A stretch of 32,000 nucleotides of DNA from Candidatus Methylomirabilis oxygeniifera (lineage in GTDB: Bacteria; Methylomirabilota; Methylomirabilia; Methylomirabilales; Methylomirabilaceae). The notes under the pieces were generated by a model that saw nothing but the letters and a program-made list of their open reading frames with translations, was not told where the DNA came from and ran no database searches. Positions 18,401-26,771 of the stretch are shown here, one piece after another. The stretch covers positions 2,670,001-2,702,000 of the forward strand of contig FP565575.1 of the NCBI GenBank assembly GCA_000091165.1, written 5' to 3'. The position numbers were made by a program, and so were the translations under genes. How positions within the stretch are numbered: the first letter of the stretch is position 1; each line of letters opens with the position of its first letter.

Positions 18401-19411
18401 ATGCGCATCGGTCCCCACCAGCTCCAAAATAACCTGATTGTCGCCCCCATGGCTGGCGTGACGGATCGGCCTTTCCGCATGTTGTGCAGGAGCATGGGCG
18501 CAGGCATGGCGGTTAGCGAAATGGTGGCCTCCAACTCGCTGCTGTATGGTTCGGAAAAAACCAAACGGCGCGCCAATCACGAGGGCGAAACCGATCCGAT
18601 CTCGGTGCAGCTCCTCGGCGCCGACCCGAAAATGCTGGCACAGGCCGCCCGTTACAACGTGGATGCGGGGGCGCAAATCATAGACATCAATATGGGCTGC
18701 CCGGCGAAAAAAATCTGCAATGTGATGGCCGGTTCCGCGCTGTTGCAGAATGAGGCGCTGGTGGCGCAAATACTTGAAACGGTAGTGGCGGCGGTGAGCG
18801 TACCGGTCACCTTGAAAATCCGCACCGGATGGGATACACAAAACCGCAATGCGGTGCGCATCGCGCAGATCGCCGAAATCAGCGGTATCCAGGCGCTTGC
18901 CATTCATGGCCGCACGCGCGCCTGTGCCTACACCGGCGAGGCGGAATATGACACCATCGCGGCAGTGAAAGCCAGCGTGAAGATTCCCATCATCGCCAAC
19001 GGTGACATCACTACCCCGGAAAAAGCCCACTATGTTGTGCAGCACACCGGTGCAGATGCCGTGATGATAGGCCGCGCCGCGCAGGGCCGTCCGTGGCTGT
19101 TCCGCGAAATCGCACATTTTCTTGATACCGGTCTACACCTGCCCGCGCCACAAGTGGTTGAAATCCAGCGCGTGCTGCTCAATCATCTGCACGGCCTGTA
19201 CGATTTGTACGGCGAACATACCGGCTTGCGTGTGGCGCGTAAACACATCTCCTGGTACACCAAAGGGCTGGCCGGTTCGGCGCAGTTCCGTCGCTGCATG
19301 AATCAACTGGAAAGCATTGCGGAACAATTGAAGGTAGTAAATGATTTTTTTGATGGTCAGTTGCAGCGCGGGGAACGCCTGCACTATGCCGAGGAACAGA
19401 TTGGACAATAG
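18401..19411 (+). CDS. dusB: tRNA-dihydrouridine synthase, DusB type
   Basis: LIVAPMAGVTDRPFRMLCRSMGAG, DINMGCPAKKICNVMAGSALL, VTLKIRTGW, AIHGRTRACAYTGEAEYDTI, VMIGRAAQGRPWLFREI. Confidence 0.96.
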   Translation: MRIGPHQLQNNLIVAPMAGVTDRPFRMLCRSMGAGMAVSEMVASNSLLYGSEKTKRRANHEGETDPISVQLLGADPKMLAQAARYNVDAGAQIIDINMGCPAKKICNVMAGSALLQNEALVAQILETVVAAVSVPVTLKIRTGWDTQNRNAVRIAQIAEISGIQALAIHGRTRACAYTGEAEYDTIAAVKASVKIPIIANGDITTPEKAHYVVQHTGADAVMIGRAAQGRPWLFREIAHFLDTGLHLPAPQVVEIQRVLLNHLHGLYDLYGEHTGLRVARKHISWYTKGLAGSAQFRRCMNQLESIAEQLKVVNDFFDGQLQRGERLHYAEEQIGQ

Positions 19412-19412
19412 G

Positions 19413-19468
19413 GACAGTGACTATTTGTGTAGATTTGCCTGCATTGGCTGATAACCAAGGCATCAACT
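19413..19468. repeat. Direct repeat S, copy 1
   Basis: 49/56 identical to 22607-22662 (core TAGATTTGCCTGCAT.GGCTGA.AAC.AAGGCATCAACT). Confidence 0.85.
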
Positions 19469-19675
19469 CAGTACGGATTTGCCGCGCCGATTATGCTCGC
19501 CGTTATACCGGATTTCAAGGACAGACGCAAACGGTAACGCTTCTTAGGCTACACCCGCTTGGGCCTTCCCGGTCCCGGCAGTAGCCGGCCTACATTCAGG
19601 ATTCGGCTGCGCCGGTAGAGACCCCACGGATACATGAGGTTTGTGCCCTCCTTTGGGGACCCCATGAAGTTCTTC

Positions 19676-19791
19676 TGCAGTACAAGCATACAACGCTCAT
19701 CATGCTGCCACCTTCCCCGAGAAGAGAATCGTCAGATCGAGGTGTCGGAGCGCGACATATATATTTAGATCGAATCCCGGACGGGTCACCA
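19676..19791. repeat. Direct repeat R, copy 1, ending in a tRNA-Lys 3'-end-like sequence
   Basis: Shares CGCTCATCATG..GCCACCTTCCC.GAGAA, ATCGTCAGATCGAGGTG.CGGAGCGC.ACATAT and ATCGAATCCC..ACGGGTCAC with 24615-24723. Confidence 0.85.
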
Positions 19792-20303
19792 ATTTTTCCA
19801 ATTTCCTGCTCACCCCCGCCATTGCCTTTCTATGGCTCGCGGCCCATCTATTCACGGTAGCCGTAGCGTAGGGTAGATCGTGCAGGTTAGTGGTTGAAAT
19901 CGACACTGCCGGACTCACCATCGGGACCCTCAAGGCGCTCAGTTTATCCGGTCCAGTCCGCTCATTCTTTTCCATTGACACCCTTGCAAGCTGAATGCTA
20001 CAAGCCGGATACTCGGTTCTATGCTTCATTACTTCCCGCAGATAAACAGGATGTCGGCATGGCTCGCGGCGGGAATCCGGTCCTAGAAGGTCCTGTGACA
20101 ACCTGATGGAGGGGACGTCAGAGCGATGCGCAAGAGCCAGCTTTGTGAGCCTGTCGAAGAGACATCACCGCTAGGTAAGTTCTGCGAAAGACGTGGATGC
20201 TTTAGTGTTCGTGAGTTGGACCATTAACAAGGAGCGTCACGCATGGATGACTGGCTCTTAACCGCGCAGGAGGTAGCCCCAAGATGAAGACGGAGGCGAC
20301 AGT

Positions 20304-22559
20304 ATGTATCTATTGAGCAGCATACAAAAGACCTGGGCGGGTTTGCGTTGGTTTGTCGGCGGTGTGGCAGTTATGACCATACTGGCGGCGTCTGGGGTCG
20401 CCGCTGGCCAGGATATGGGTGGCGCAGCCTACCCTGGGGCACACGTCGAAGGCGAGTTTGCACCTGCCCTTCCCAGCGTGCGCGCTCTGCCGCAACGGCG
20501 GCTGCCACAATCCCGACAGCCAGCGCAGGTGGCTCTCGACCGTGTCGAGGCGGCGCACTTGAAGATGGAGGCGACAGACCAGCCATCTAAACCTGGGGTG
20601 CCGCTACAGATCGGCGTCAGCCGCGATGTACCGATGCTGCGTAATGCCGCTCGAACCTCGGTGCTCATGTCTTGGACGTCCATTCCCGGCGGGCAGATTG
20701 CCGCGATCAGCATTACTTCTCCTGACGCCCTCGGCTTGCGTCTGGGCTTGTTGGTTGAAAAGCTGCCTCGTACGGCTCTGCTGCGGTTTTATGCCCAGGG
20801 GGCGGAGCAGGTGTTCGAGGTGTCGGGCGGGGAGATTATGGACACCATCGCCCGCAATCTCGCCGCCGGCGACGCAAGCGATGACGCCCGGACTTACTGG
20901 TCGCCCGTCATCGACGGCCAGGAAATGACGGTGGAAATCGAGCTGCCTGCCGGGGTGTCTCCGGATGAGGTGATGTTTTCCATACCGCGTATTTCCCATT
21001 TGTTTTCATCGCCTCTGGATCCCCGCGCCTTGCCAAGACAAATTGGCAGTGCGGAGTGGTGCAATCTCGATTCCATGTGCTATACATCGACATGGGGAAA
21101 CGAATCCCTGGCGACCGCCAAAATGACATTCACGGAAGACGGTTCGAGTTATCTCTGTACGGGCAGCTTAATGAATGATAGCGATCCCTCCACGTTCATT
21201 CCCTATTTCCTGACTGCCAACCATTGTATTTCGACGCAAACTGTGGCCTCAACCCTGCAAACCTATTGGTTTTATCGTGCCTCAAGTTGCAACAGCGGTA
21301 CGTTGAGTCCCAGCACCCAGACATTGACCAGCGGGGCCACACTGCTCTATGCCGGTTCGAATACCGATACGAGCTTCTTGCGACTGAACAGCTCAGCCCC
21401 TCCTGGGGCTGGGTATTCAGGGTGGTCGGCGGGTCTGCCGGTGCTCTCCACCCCGATCATTGGCATCCATCATCCGAATGGCGATTTGCAAAAGATCAGC
21501 GCTGGAAACATCACAGATTACTCCAGTTGCTCCAATGGCAATTCTTTCACTTGCAGTTCGGCGTCCTCTGGCAGCGCCGACCATCTCAAGGTTGTCTGGG
21601 GCCTTGGCATTACCGAGGGCGGCAGCAGCGGTTCCGGTCTTTGGATTGTATACGGCAGCAGCCACTACTTGGTGGGCCAGTTACATGGTGGAAACTCTTC
21701 CTGCGTCACGCCCACTGCTCCAGATTACTACGGTCGTTTCGATGTAGCTTACAACGCGGCGTTGTTTCAATGGCTGGGAACCACCCCGGCGAACTACACG
21801 TTGTCGGTGACGGGCGCCGGCACGGGCCAGGGCACGGTGACGGGGCCTGGAATTAACTGCACGATCAGCGCTGGGAGCACGAGCGGGACGTGCAGTGCGA
21901 ACTACGCGTCTGGAACGGGGGTCTCGCTGACCGCAACGTCCATCGGAGTCTCGACATTCAGTGGCTGGAGTGGGAACTGCGCCGCCGATGGGACCGTCAC
22001 GCTGGAGGCGAACAAGATCTGTACGGCCACCTTCACTAGACCGCTCATACTCTCGACCACCTCCCTGTCCGCAGAGGAGCAGGGAGTCGCCTATTGGTAC
22101 GCGCTGCAGGCCGAAGGCGGAATGCCCCCTTACACCTGGAGCCGTATCAAGGATAAGCTCCCCAAAGGCCTGACCCTGGATGCCGCAGGCACCCTCAGCG
22201 GGATCCCGACCAAGGCCAAGACCGCGACCTTTACCGTCCAGGTGACGGATGCCGCATGGGCCTCAGCGACGCAGAACCTCTCTCTGCAGATCGTCAAACG
22301 TGTCGATCTCAAGACCAAAAAACTGAGTCGGGGTACGGTCGGGATGCCGTACGCAGCCATGCTCAAAACCAATGGCGGGATTCCGCCGCTGACCTTCAGC
22401 CTGGTCGGCGGGGCGCTCCCGCCAGGCCTTACCTTCGACCCGGGTACGGGGCAGATCTCTGGGACCCCTACGCTAGCCGGAACCTTCGACTTCCAGACGA
22501 TGGTAACCTCGAGCGGCGGCTCCAGCGATCAGGGGAACATTCGGATCAAGATCAAGTAG
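20304..22559 (+). CDS. Secreted trypsin-like (S1-fold) serine protease with C-terminal InlB-like B-repeat and putative-Ig domains
   Basis: Signal peptide; catalytic-like motifs FLTANHC, NTDTSFLRL, GGSSGSGLW; tail TGQGTVTGPGINCTISAG...FSGWSGNC and two GLxxDxxxGxxSGTPT blocks. Confidence 0.85.
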   Translation: MYLLSSIQKTWAGLRWFVGGVAVMTILAASGVAAGQDMGGAAYPGAHVEGEFAPALPSVRALPQRRLPQSRQPAQVALDRVEAAHLKMEATDQPSKPGVPLQIGVSRDVPMLRNAARTSVLMSWTSIPGGQIAAISITSPDALGLRLGLLVEKLPRTALLRFYAQGAEQVFEVSGGEIMDTIARNLAAGDASDDARTYWSPVIDGQEMTVEIELPAGVSPDEVMFSIPRISHLFSSPLDPRALPRQIGSAEWCNLDSMCYTSTWGNESLATAKMTFTEDGSSYLCTGSLMNDSDPSTFIPYFLTANHCISTQTVASTLQTYWFYRASSCNSGTLSPSTQTLTSGATLLYAGSNTDTSFLRLNSSAPPGAGYSGWSAGLPVLSTPIIGIHHPNGDLQKISAGNITDYSSCSNGNSFTCSSASSGSADHLKVVWGLGITEGGSSGSGLWIVYGSSHYLVGQLHGGNSSCVTPTAPDYYGRFDVAYNAALFQWLGTTPANYTLSVTGAGTGQGTVTGPGINCTISAGSTSGTCSANYASGTGVSLTATSIGVSTFSGWSGNCAADGTVTLEANKICTATFTRPLILSTTSLSAEEQGVAYWYALQAEGGMPPYTWSRIKDKLPKGLTLDAAGTLSGIPTKAKTATFTVQVTDAAWASATQNLSLQIVKRVDLKTKKLSRGTVGMPYAAMLKTNGGIPPLTFSLVGGALPPGLTFDPGTGQISGTPTLAGTFDFQTMVTSSGGSSDQGNIRIKIK

Positions 22560-22606
22560 GATGAGCAAGCGACCGGGCTCGGGTCTCAGCAAGCATTTAA
22601 AATAGC

Positions 22607-22662
22607 GACCGTGACCATTTATATAGATTTGCCTGCATCGGCTGAGAACTAAGGCATCAACT
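22607..22662. repeat. Direct repeat S, copy 2
   Basis: 49/56 identical to 19413-19468. Confidence 0.85.
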
Positions 22663-22849
22663 GGGGGTGTAGATTATGCCCCCGATCGCCGAGCAGTGGT
22701 TGAAATCTCCACACTGCAATGTCAAAAGGGCACTCCCCGCTGTCACTTGGTCCGTCCTTTCCCACGATGACGAACTACTTGGTCGTCGGATACCAGAATA
22801 TCGGGAAACCGAGAAACGGATCACAGAAACTGAGGCGGCAGGGGAGTCC

Positions 22850-22875
22850 AAAGCCCAGTCAATTGACTGGGCTTT
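22850..22875. terminator. Perfect 26-bp palindrome, possible bidirectional terminator
   Basis: AAAGCCCAGTCAATTGACTGGGCTTT. Confidence 0.55.
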
Positions 22876-23013
22876 GGTTCGGGCGATTCGCTGTCAGAAA
22901 ACTGGATGGGCGGATACAGGTACAACGTTTTCCGTCGTCCGCCTTCATACAAATATTTTATTGCGTACTGGAAAGGGTTATAGAGTGTTAGGCTAACTTC
23001 AAGAAAGGAAGAG

Positions 23014-23829
23014 ATGGACTTCATTGATGTGAGCTGGGCAAATTTCATTGCCGCGATCAAGCCAGACCTGCTCCATGATCGCCGGTTTATCTACAGGGGC
23101 CAGGAGTCCAGCAACTGGCGTCTCCAGACAAGTCTCCATAGAACCGGACAATGGCGTACGCCAGAGGACATTTCCTCCTATATTCAACATATTGTCCCGC
23201 TCGCGCATGAAGCCGTAGCGTCATGGGAGGGGGTCCGTCGAGATCTGTCCAACGGTTTTCAGCTGGCAGAATTCCTGGCCTATCTGCAACACAATAGTTT
23301 CCCTACGCCTCTCCTGGATTGGACCTATTCCCCTTACATTGCTGCATTTTTTGCTTTTGAGTGTATCAATCACTATCAACCCGAGCACGACTACGTATGC
23401 ATCTACCGGTTTGATAAGGGAGGCTGGATTCGCTCTTACAAGCAGAGCTATGACTACAGTGACAAGAACCTACACGTATCGATTATTGAGCCATCCTCAG
23501 TGGGGAACCCGAAGCTCATGCTTCAGCAGGGACTCTTCATGTATACGAATCAGGACGATATCGAAAGCCACATCGAATTGAACAGCAAGAACCCCAAGGA
23601 GCCCTATCTCAGGAAGTTCCGGATTCATTGTCGAGAGCGGCAGGTTGCGTTGCGGGAGCTACGGCTCATGAATATCACGCGCATGCAGCTCTTTCCATCG
23701 GTCGAAAGCGTCTGTCGCAAGGTCGCAACCGATGTCTCTCTAATGTTCCCAATGGGCAAGACACGGTCCGAGATTAGCAAGGAAATCTTTGAACAATTCC
23801 TTGCGAGCTATAAGACCGGCGAAAAATGA
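23014..23829 (+). CDS. FRG-domain protein
   Basis: RRFIYRGQESSNWRLQTSLHRTG and LAYLQHNSFPTPLLDWTYSPYIAAFFAFE are the FRG domain hallmarks (F-R-G and TPLLDWT). Confidence 0.88.
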   Translation: MDFIDVSWANFIAAIKPDLLHDRRFIYRGQESSNWRLQTSLHRTGQWRTPEDISSYIQHIVPLAHEAVASWEGVRRDLSNGFQLAEFLAYLQHNSFPTPLLDWTYSPYIAAFFAFECINHYQPEHDYVCIYRFDKGGWIRSYKQSYDYSDKNLHVSIIEPSSVGNPKLMLQQGLFMYTNQDDIESHIELNSKNPKEPYLRKFRIHCRERQVALRELRLMNITRMQLFPSVESVCRKVATDVSLMFPMGKTRSEISKEIFEQFLASYKTGEK

Positions 23830-23948
23830 CCGCACAGCAAGATATCGTAGCCGATCTGTCACGCTTGCACTTGAGCCCTTTGAGCGGGCAGAAGCTCAGG
23901 CGAATTGAAACAGGCGAATACGGGCTAGCAAGCGCGCCAGGCGGCTAA
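23826..23948 (+). CDS. Candidate 40-aa micro-ORF coupled (ATGA) to the FRG gene: MTAQQDIVADLSRLHLSPLSGQKLRRIETGEYGLASAPGG
   Basis: The ATG overlaps the FRG stop codon (AAAATGACC). The ORF is open to TAA at 23946-23948 and is below the ORF-track length cutoff. Confidence 0.4.
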   Translation: MTAQQDIVADLSRLHLSPLSGQKLRRIETGEYGLASAPGG

Positions 23949-24157
23949 ACACAACATTGCAGAAGGCGATCAGTGAGGCCGCCTGCAAGCCGCGGCAAAT
24001 CAGCCCATTGTGGGGGATAAGCCGCCGACGCGGCTGGCGTGGGTGGGTCAGAATCATCTTGACCGGTTGGGCTCACGATAGGATAGTATGAATAAATTCG
24101 CTATTGGAACGTGGAGTTGTCCTGAGAGACACGCTGCCGGTTTCGGAGGTTTCAGCT

Positions 24158-24358
24158 ATGAGCAAAGTGGAGTCGATCGAAGAACAGATCAAGACGCTGT
24201 CAGCGGAAGAGGTCGCGAAGCTTCGGGAGTGGTTTCTTGGATTCGACTGGACGCTGTGGGATCAGCAGCTCGAGCGCGACGTTGCAGCCGGGAAACTCGA
24301 TGTCTTGGCGGACAAGGCGCTTCGGGATCACGCGGCCGGAAAGACGACCCCTCTTTGA
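24158..24358 (+). CDS. Putative antitoxin of a ParE/RelE-like module
   Basis: MSKVESIEEQIKTLSAEEVAKLREWFLGFDWTLWDQQLERDVAAGKLDVLADKALRDHAAGKTTPL, a typical short antitoxin. ATG at 24158. Confidence 0.85.
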   Translation: MSKVESIEEQIKTLSAEEVAKLREWFLGFDWTLWDQQLERDVAAGKLDVLADKALRDHAAGKTTPL

Positions 24359-24609
24359 ATCATCATGCGTCCCCGGACTTCTGGGCCTGCTACCGGTCTT
24401 TACCGGAGGATATCCGGAAGCTCGCGGATCACGCCTACGAACACCTTAAACACGATCCGCAGTATCCATCGCTGCATTTCAAGAAAGTCGGGCGTTTCTG
24501 GTCTGCGCGCGTGGGAGGCGGCTATCGCGCGGTGGCAGTGGAAGGTGCTGACAGTTTCATCTGGTTCTGGATCGGCACCCATACGGACTACGAGAAGTTG
24601 CTTAGCTAA
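24355..24609 (+). CDS. ParE/RelE-like toxin, TTG start overlapping the antitoxin stop
   Basis: SPDFWACYRSLPEDIRKLADHAYEHLKHDPQYPSLHFKKVGRFWSARVGGGYRAVAVEGADSFIWFWIGTHTDYEKLL. In-frame TTG at 24355. Confidence 0.85.
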   Translation: MNHHASPDFWACYRSLPEDIRKLADHAYEHLKHDPQYPSLHFKKVGRFWSARVGGGYRAVAVEGADSFIWFWIGTHTDYEKLLS

Positions 24610-24614
24610 CCCAT

Positions 24615-24723
24615 TGCAGCACAAGCCTCCACCGCTCATCATGCGCCACCTTCCCGGAGAAAGGGATCGTCAGATCGAGGTGCGGAGCGCTACATATTTG
24701 CATCGAATCCCCGACGGGTCACT
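24615..24723. repeat. Direct repeat R, copy 2
   Basis: Matches 19676-19791 (see copy 1). Confidence 0.85.
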
Positions 24724-24735
24724 ATTCTCGGAGGA

Positions 24736-25248
24736 CTATTCCGTTGCCCCGGCTTCCTTGAGGAGTCGTACGACCTCGTCCTCGCTCCTATTAAACGCTA
24801 TCTTCATGGCCGTGACGCCATTGTTGGTTTTGGCGTGCACATCCGCACCCGCTGCGAGCAGCGCTTTCACGACCTCGCACTGGCCTTCCTGAGACGCCCA
24901 CAGCAAGGCCGTTGCGCCATTGTCCTGTCTGGCGTTCACATCCACGCCCTGGGCGAGCAGCGCCTGTACGACCTCGAGATGGCCGGCTAGGGACGCTCTC
25001 ATCAAGGCCGTCCAGCCTGCATCGGATTTGACGTGTACCCACGCGCCCGCCGCAATCAGCGCCTGTACGACCTCGAGATGGCCTCTGAGGGACGCTCTCA
25101 TCAAGGCCGTCCAGCCATATTCATCTCTGGCGTTCACATTCGCGCCCGCCGCAATCAGCGCGTGCACGGCCTTGGGAGAGCCGTCCTGAGCCGCTCTCAT
25201 CAAGGCTGTCATACCGTGTTTACCTGCGGCGTTCACATCGTCGCTCAT
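24736..25248 (-). CDS. Ankyrin-repeat protein
   Basis: Tandem ~33-aa repeats: GxTALMRAxxxGHLEVVQALIAAGAxVxxxxxx. ATG at 25248. Confidence 0.93.
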   Translation of the reverse strand: MSDDVNAAGKHGMTALMRAAQDGSPKAVHALIAAGANVNARDEYGWTALMRASLRGHLEVVQALIAAGAWVHVKSDAGWTALMRASLAGHLEVVQALLAQGVDVNARQDNGATALLWASQEGQCEVVKALLAAGADVHAKTNNGVTAMKIAFNRSEDEVVRLLKEAGATE

Positions 25249-25268
25249 GTTCGCTCCTCCTTCATCGA

Positions 25269-26012
25269 TCACAGGTGTGCCGGCTTATCTTCGTCCTTCG
25301 CCTCTCCAAGGCCGGGGTCCGCGATGCCGGCTTCGGCGAAGCCTTTCTCCCTCAGTATACAACTGTCGCAGGCGCGGCAGGGCCGTCCATCCTGGGTCGG
25401 GTCGTAACAGCTCCAGGTCAGCCGGAAATCGATCCCGAGGGCAGCGCCCCGGCGTATGATCTCGGCCTTGGACAGGTGGATCAGCGGAGTGTAAATGGTG
25501 AGCGTGGATCGGCCTTCAGCGCCGGCGCGGGTTGCCAGATTCGCCATACGCTCGAAGGCCGCGATATATTCAGGACGACAATCCGGATACCCGCTGTAGT
25601 CGATTGCGTTGACCCCGAGCACAATATCTTCCGAGCCGATCACCTCGGCCCAGGCCAGCGCATAGGAGAGAAAGATGGTATTGCGGGCGGGAACGTATGT
25701 TACGGGGATACCGGAGCCGATCTCGTCCATCTCACGACCCTTCGGCACCGGGATCTCAGCGGTCAGCGCCGACCCTCCGATCCGGCGAAGATCAAGGTCG
25801 AGGATCAGGTGCTGCGATGCGCCGAGGGCCGCCGCGATCCGCGTCGCGCTTTCCACCTCGCGCGCGTGACGCTGGCCGTAGCGAAAGGTCAGGGCATGAA
25901 GCTGATACCCCTTGGCCTTTGCCAGCGCGGCTGCCGTTGCGGAGTCGATCCCGCCGCTCAGCAGGACCACTGCAGGCTTGCCTGCCTGTGCGCTGCGCGC
26001 AGACAGGTTCAC
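25269..26012 (-). CDS. queC: 7-cyano-7-deazaguanine synthase
   Basis: [36 protein letters not shown]... [17 protein letters not shown] at 26012 shares a base with the queE stop; the ORF extends to 26096. Confidence 0.95.
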   Translation of the reverse strand: MNLSARSAQAGKPAVVLLSGGIDSATAAALAKAKGYQLHALTFRYGQRHAREVESATRIAAALGASQHLILDLDLRRIGGSALTAEIPVPKGREMDEIGSGIPVTYVPARNTIFLSYALAWAEVIGSEDIVLGVNAIDYSGYPDCRPEYIAAFERMANLATRAGAEGRSTLTIYTPLIHLSKAEIIRRGAALGIDFRLTWSCYDPTQDGRPCRACDSCILREKGFAEAGIADPGLGEAKDEDKPAHL

Positions 26013-26659
26013 TACACCCCCCGCCGGTTCGGATCCCACAGATACTTGTGAAGCTGAATCTGAAGCCTGACATTCAGTCGGTCCGTCAAGATCCATTCAG
26101 CCAGCTCCCTCGGATGGAGTTCGCCGAGAACCGGCGAGAAGAGGACGTGGGCCTTTTCAGCCAGGGCGTGCTCCGCCATCACTCGTCTGGCCCATTCGTA
26201 GTCGCGGCGATCCGCCACGACAAATTTGATCTGATCCTTCCTGTCGAGATGCCGGAGGTTCTCGAGATTGTTGTGAGGGTCCATCCCACTCCCAGGAGCC
26301 TTGAGGTCCAGGATCTTGACCACCCTCCGGTCGAGGCGATCGATGCTGAGGCTCCCCCCTGTTTCGATCAGGACTTCGTACCCCTCGAGGAGCAAGCGAT
26401 CAATCAGAGGATGCACCGCTTCCTGCAACAGCGGCTCCCCTCCGGTAATCTCGACCAGCGGGCACTTATAGCCTCGCACTTGTTCCAGTACCTGCTCGAT
26501 CGAGCGTTGCTCGCCCTCGTGGAACGCATAGGTCGTATCGCACCACCGGCACCGAAGATTACACCCGGTCAGGCGAACAAAGACGCACGGCCGACCGGCA
26601 TAGGTCGATTCTCCCTGGATACTGTAGAAGATTTCGTTTACGCGGAGGCTCATCATCAC
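26012..26659 (-). CDS. queE: 7-carboxy-7-deazaguanine synthase (radical SAM)
   Basis: [40 protein letters not shown] and [10 protein letters not shown]. Confidence 0.96.
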   Translation of the reverse strand: MMMSLRVNEIFYSIQGESTYAGRPCVFVRLTGCNLRCRWCDTTYAFHEGEQRSIEQVLEQVRGYKCPLVEITGGEPLLQEAVHPLIDRLLLEGYEVLIETGGSLSIDRLDRRVVKILDLKAPGSGMDPHNNLENLRHLDRKDQIKFVVADRRDYEWARRVMAEHALAEKAHVLFSPVLGELHPRELAEWILTDRLNVRLQIQLHKYLWDPNRRGV

Positions 26660-26688
26660 CTTGACTTCAGGATGTCATAAAAATAGAA

Positions 26689-26720
26689 GGGCAGGCTCTC
26701 CTCCCTGCGAAAGCCTGCCC
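26689..26720. repeat. Hairpin GGGCAGGCT/AGCCTGCCC adjoining a CCCTGAGCGACGTCGAAGGG half-element
   Basis: Perfect 9-bp arms at 26689-26697 and 26712-26720; the right arm runs into the REP-like half-motif ending at about 26737. Confidence 0.6.
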
Positions 26721-26771
26721 TGAGCGACGTCGAAGGGCCTGCCTACCAGATAGCACAGAAGCCCGGTACGC

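Noticed and set aside
18302-19117. 271-aa minus-strand ORF opposite dusB
   Set aside because: Antisense shadow of dusB. Its C-terminal part (GVVTRSGLEPETPCLKGRSSAN) is the reverse translation of tRNA-Lys, a well-known annotation artefact.
19700-20101. 133-aa minus-strand ORF containing VTRPGFDLNIYVALRHLDLTILFSGKVAA
   Set aside because: Its C-terminus is a translation of repeat R and its tRNA-like end. I treat it as non-coding repeat sequence, though the N-terminal part was not excluded by a search.
22676-22996. 106-aa plus-strand ORF between repeat S2 and the FRG gene
   Set aside because: It crosses the perfect palindrome at 22850-22875 and lacks motifs or a clear SD; more likely intergenic.
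24365-24892. 175-aa plus-strand ORF spanning the toxin end, repeat R2 and part of the ankyrin gene
   Set aside because: It runs out of frame through the toxin gene and antisense through the ankyrin gene, with no family resemblance.
25697-26680. 327-aa plus-strand ORF opposite queC/queE
   Set aside because: Shadow ORF; the minus strand encodes QueE and QueC unambiguously.
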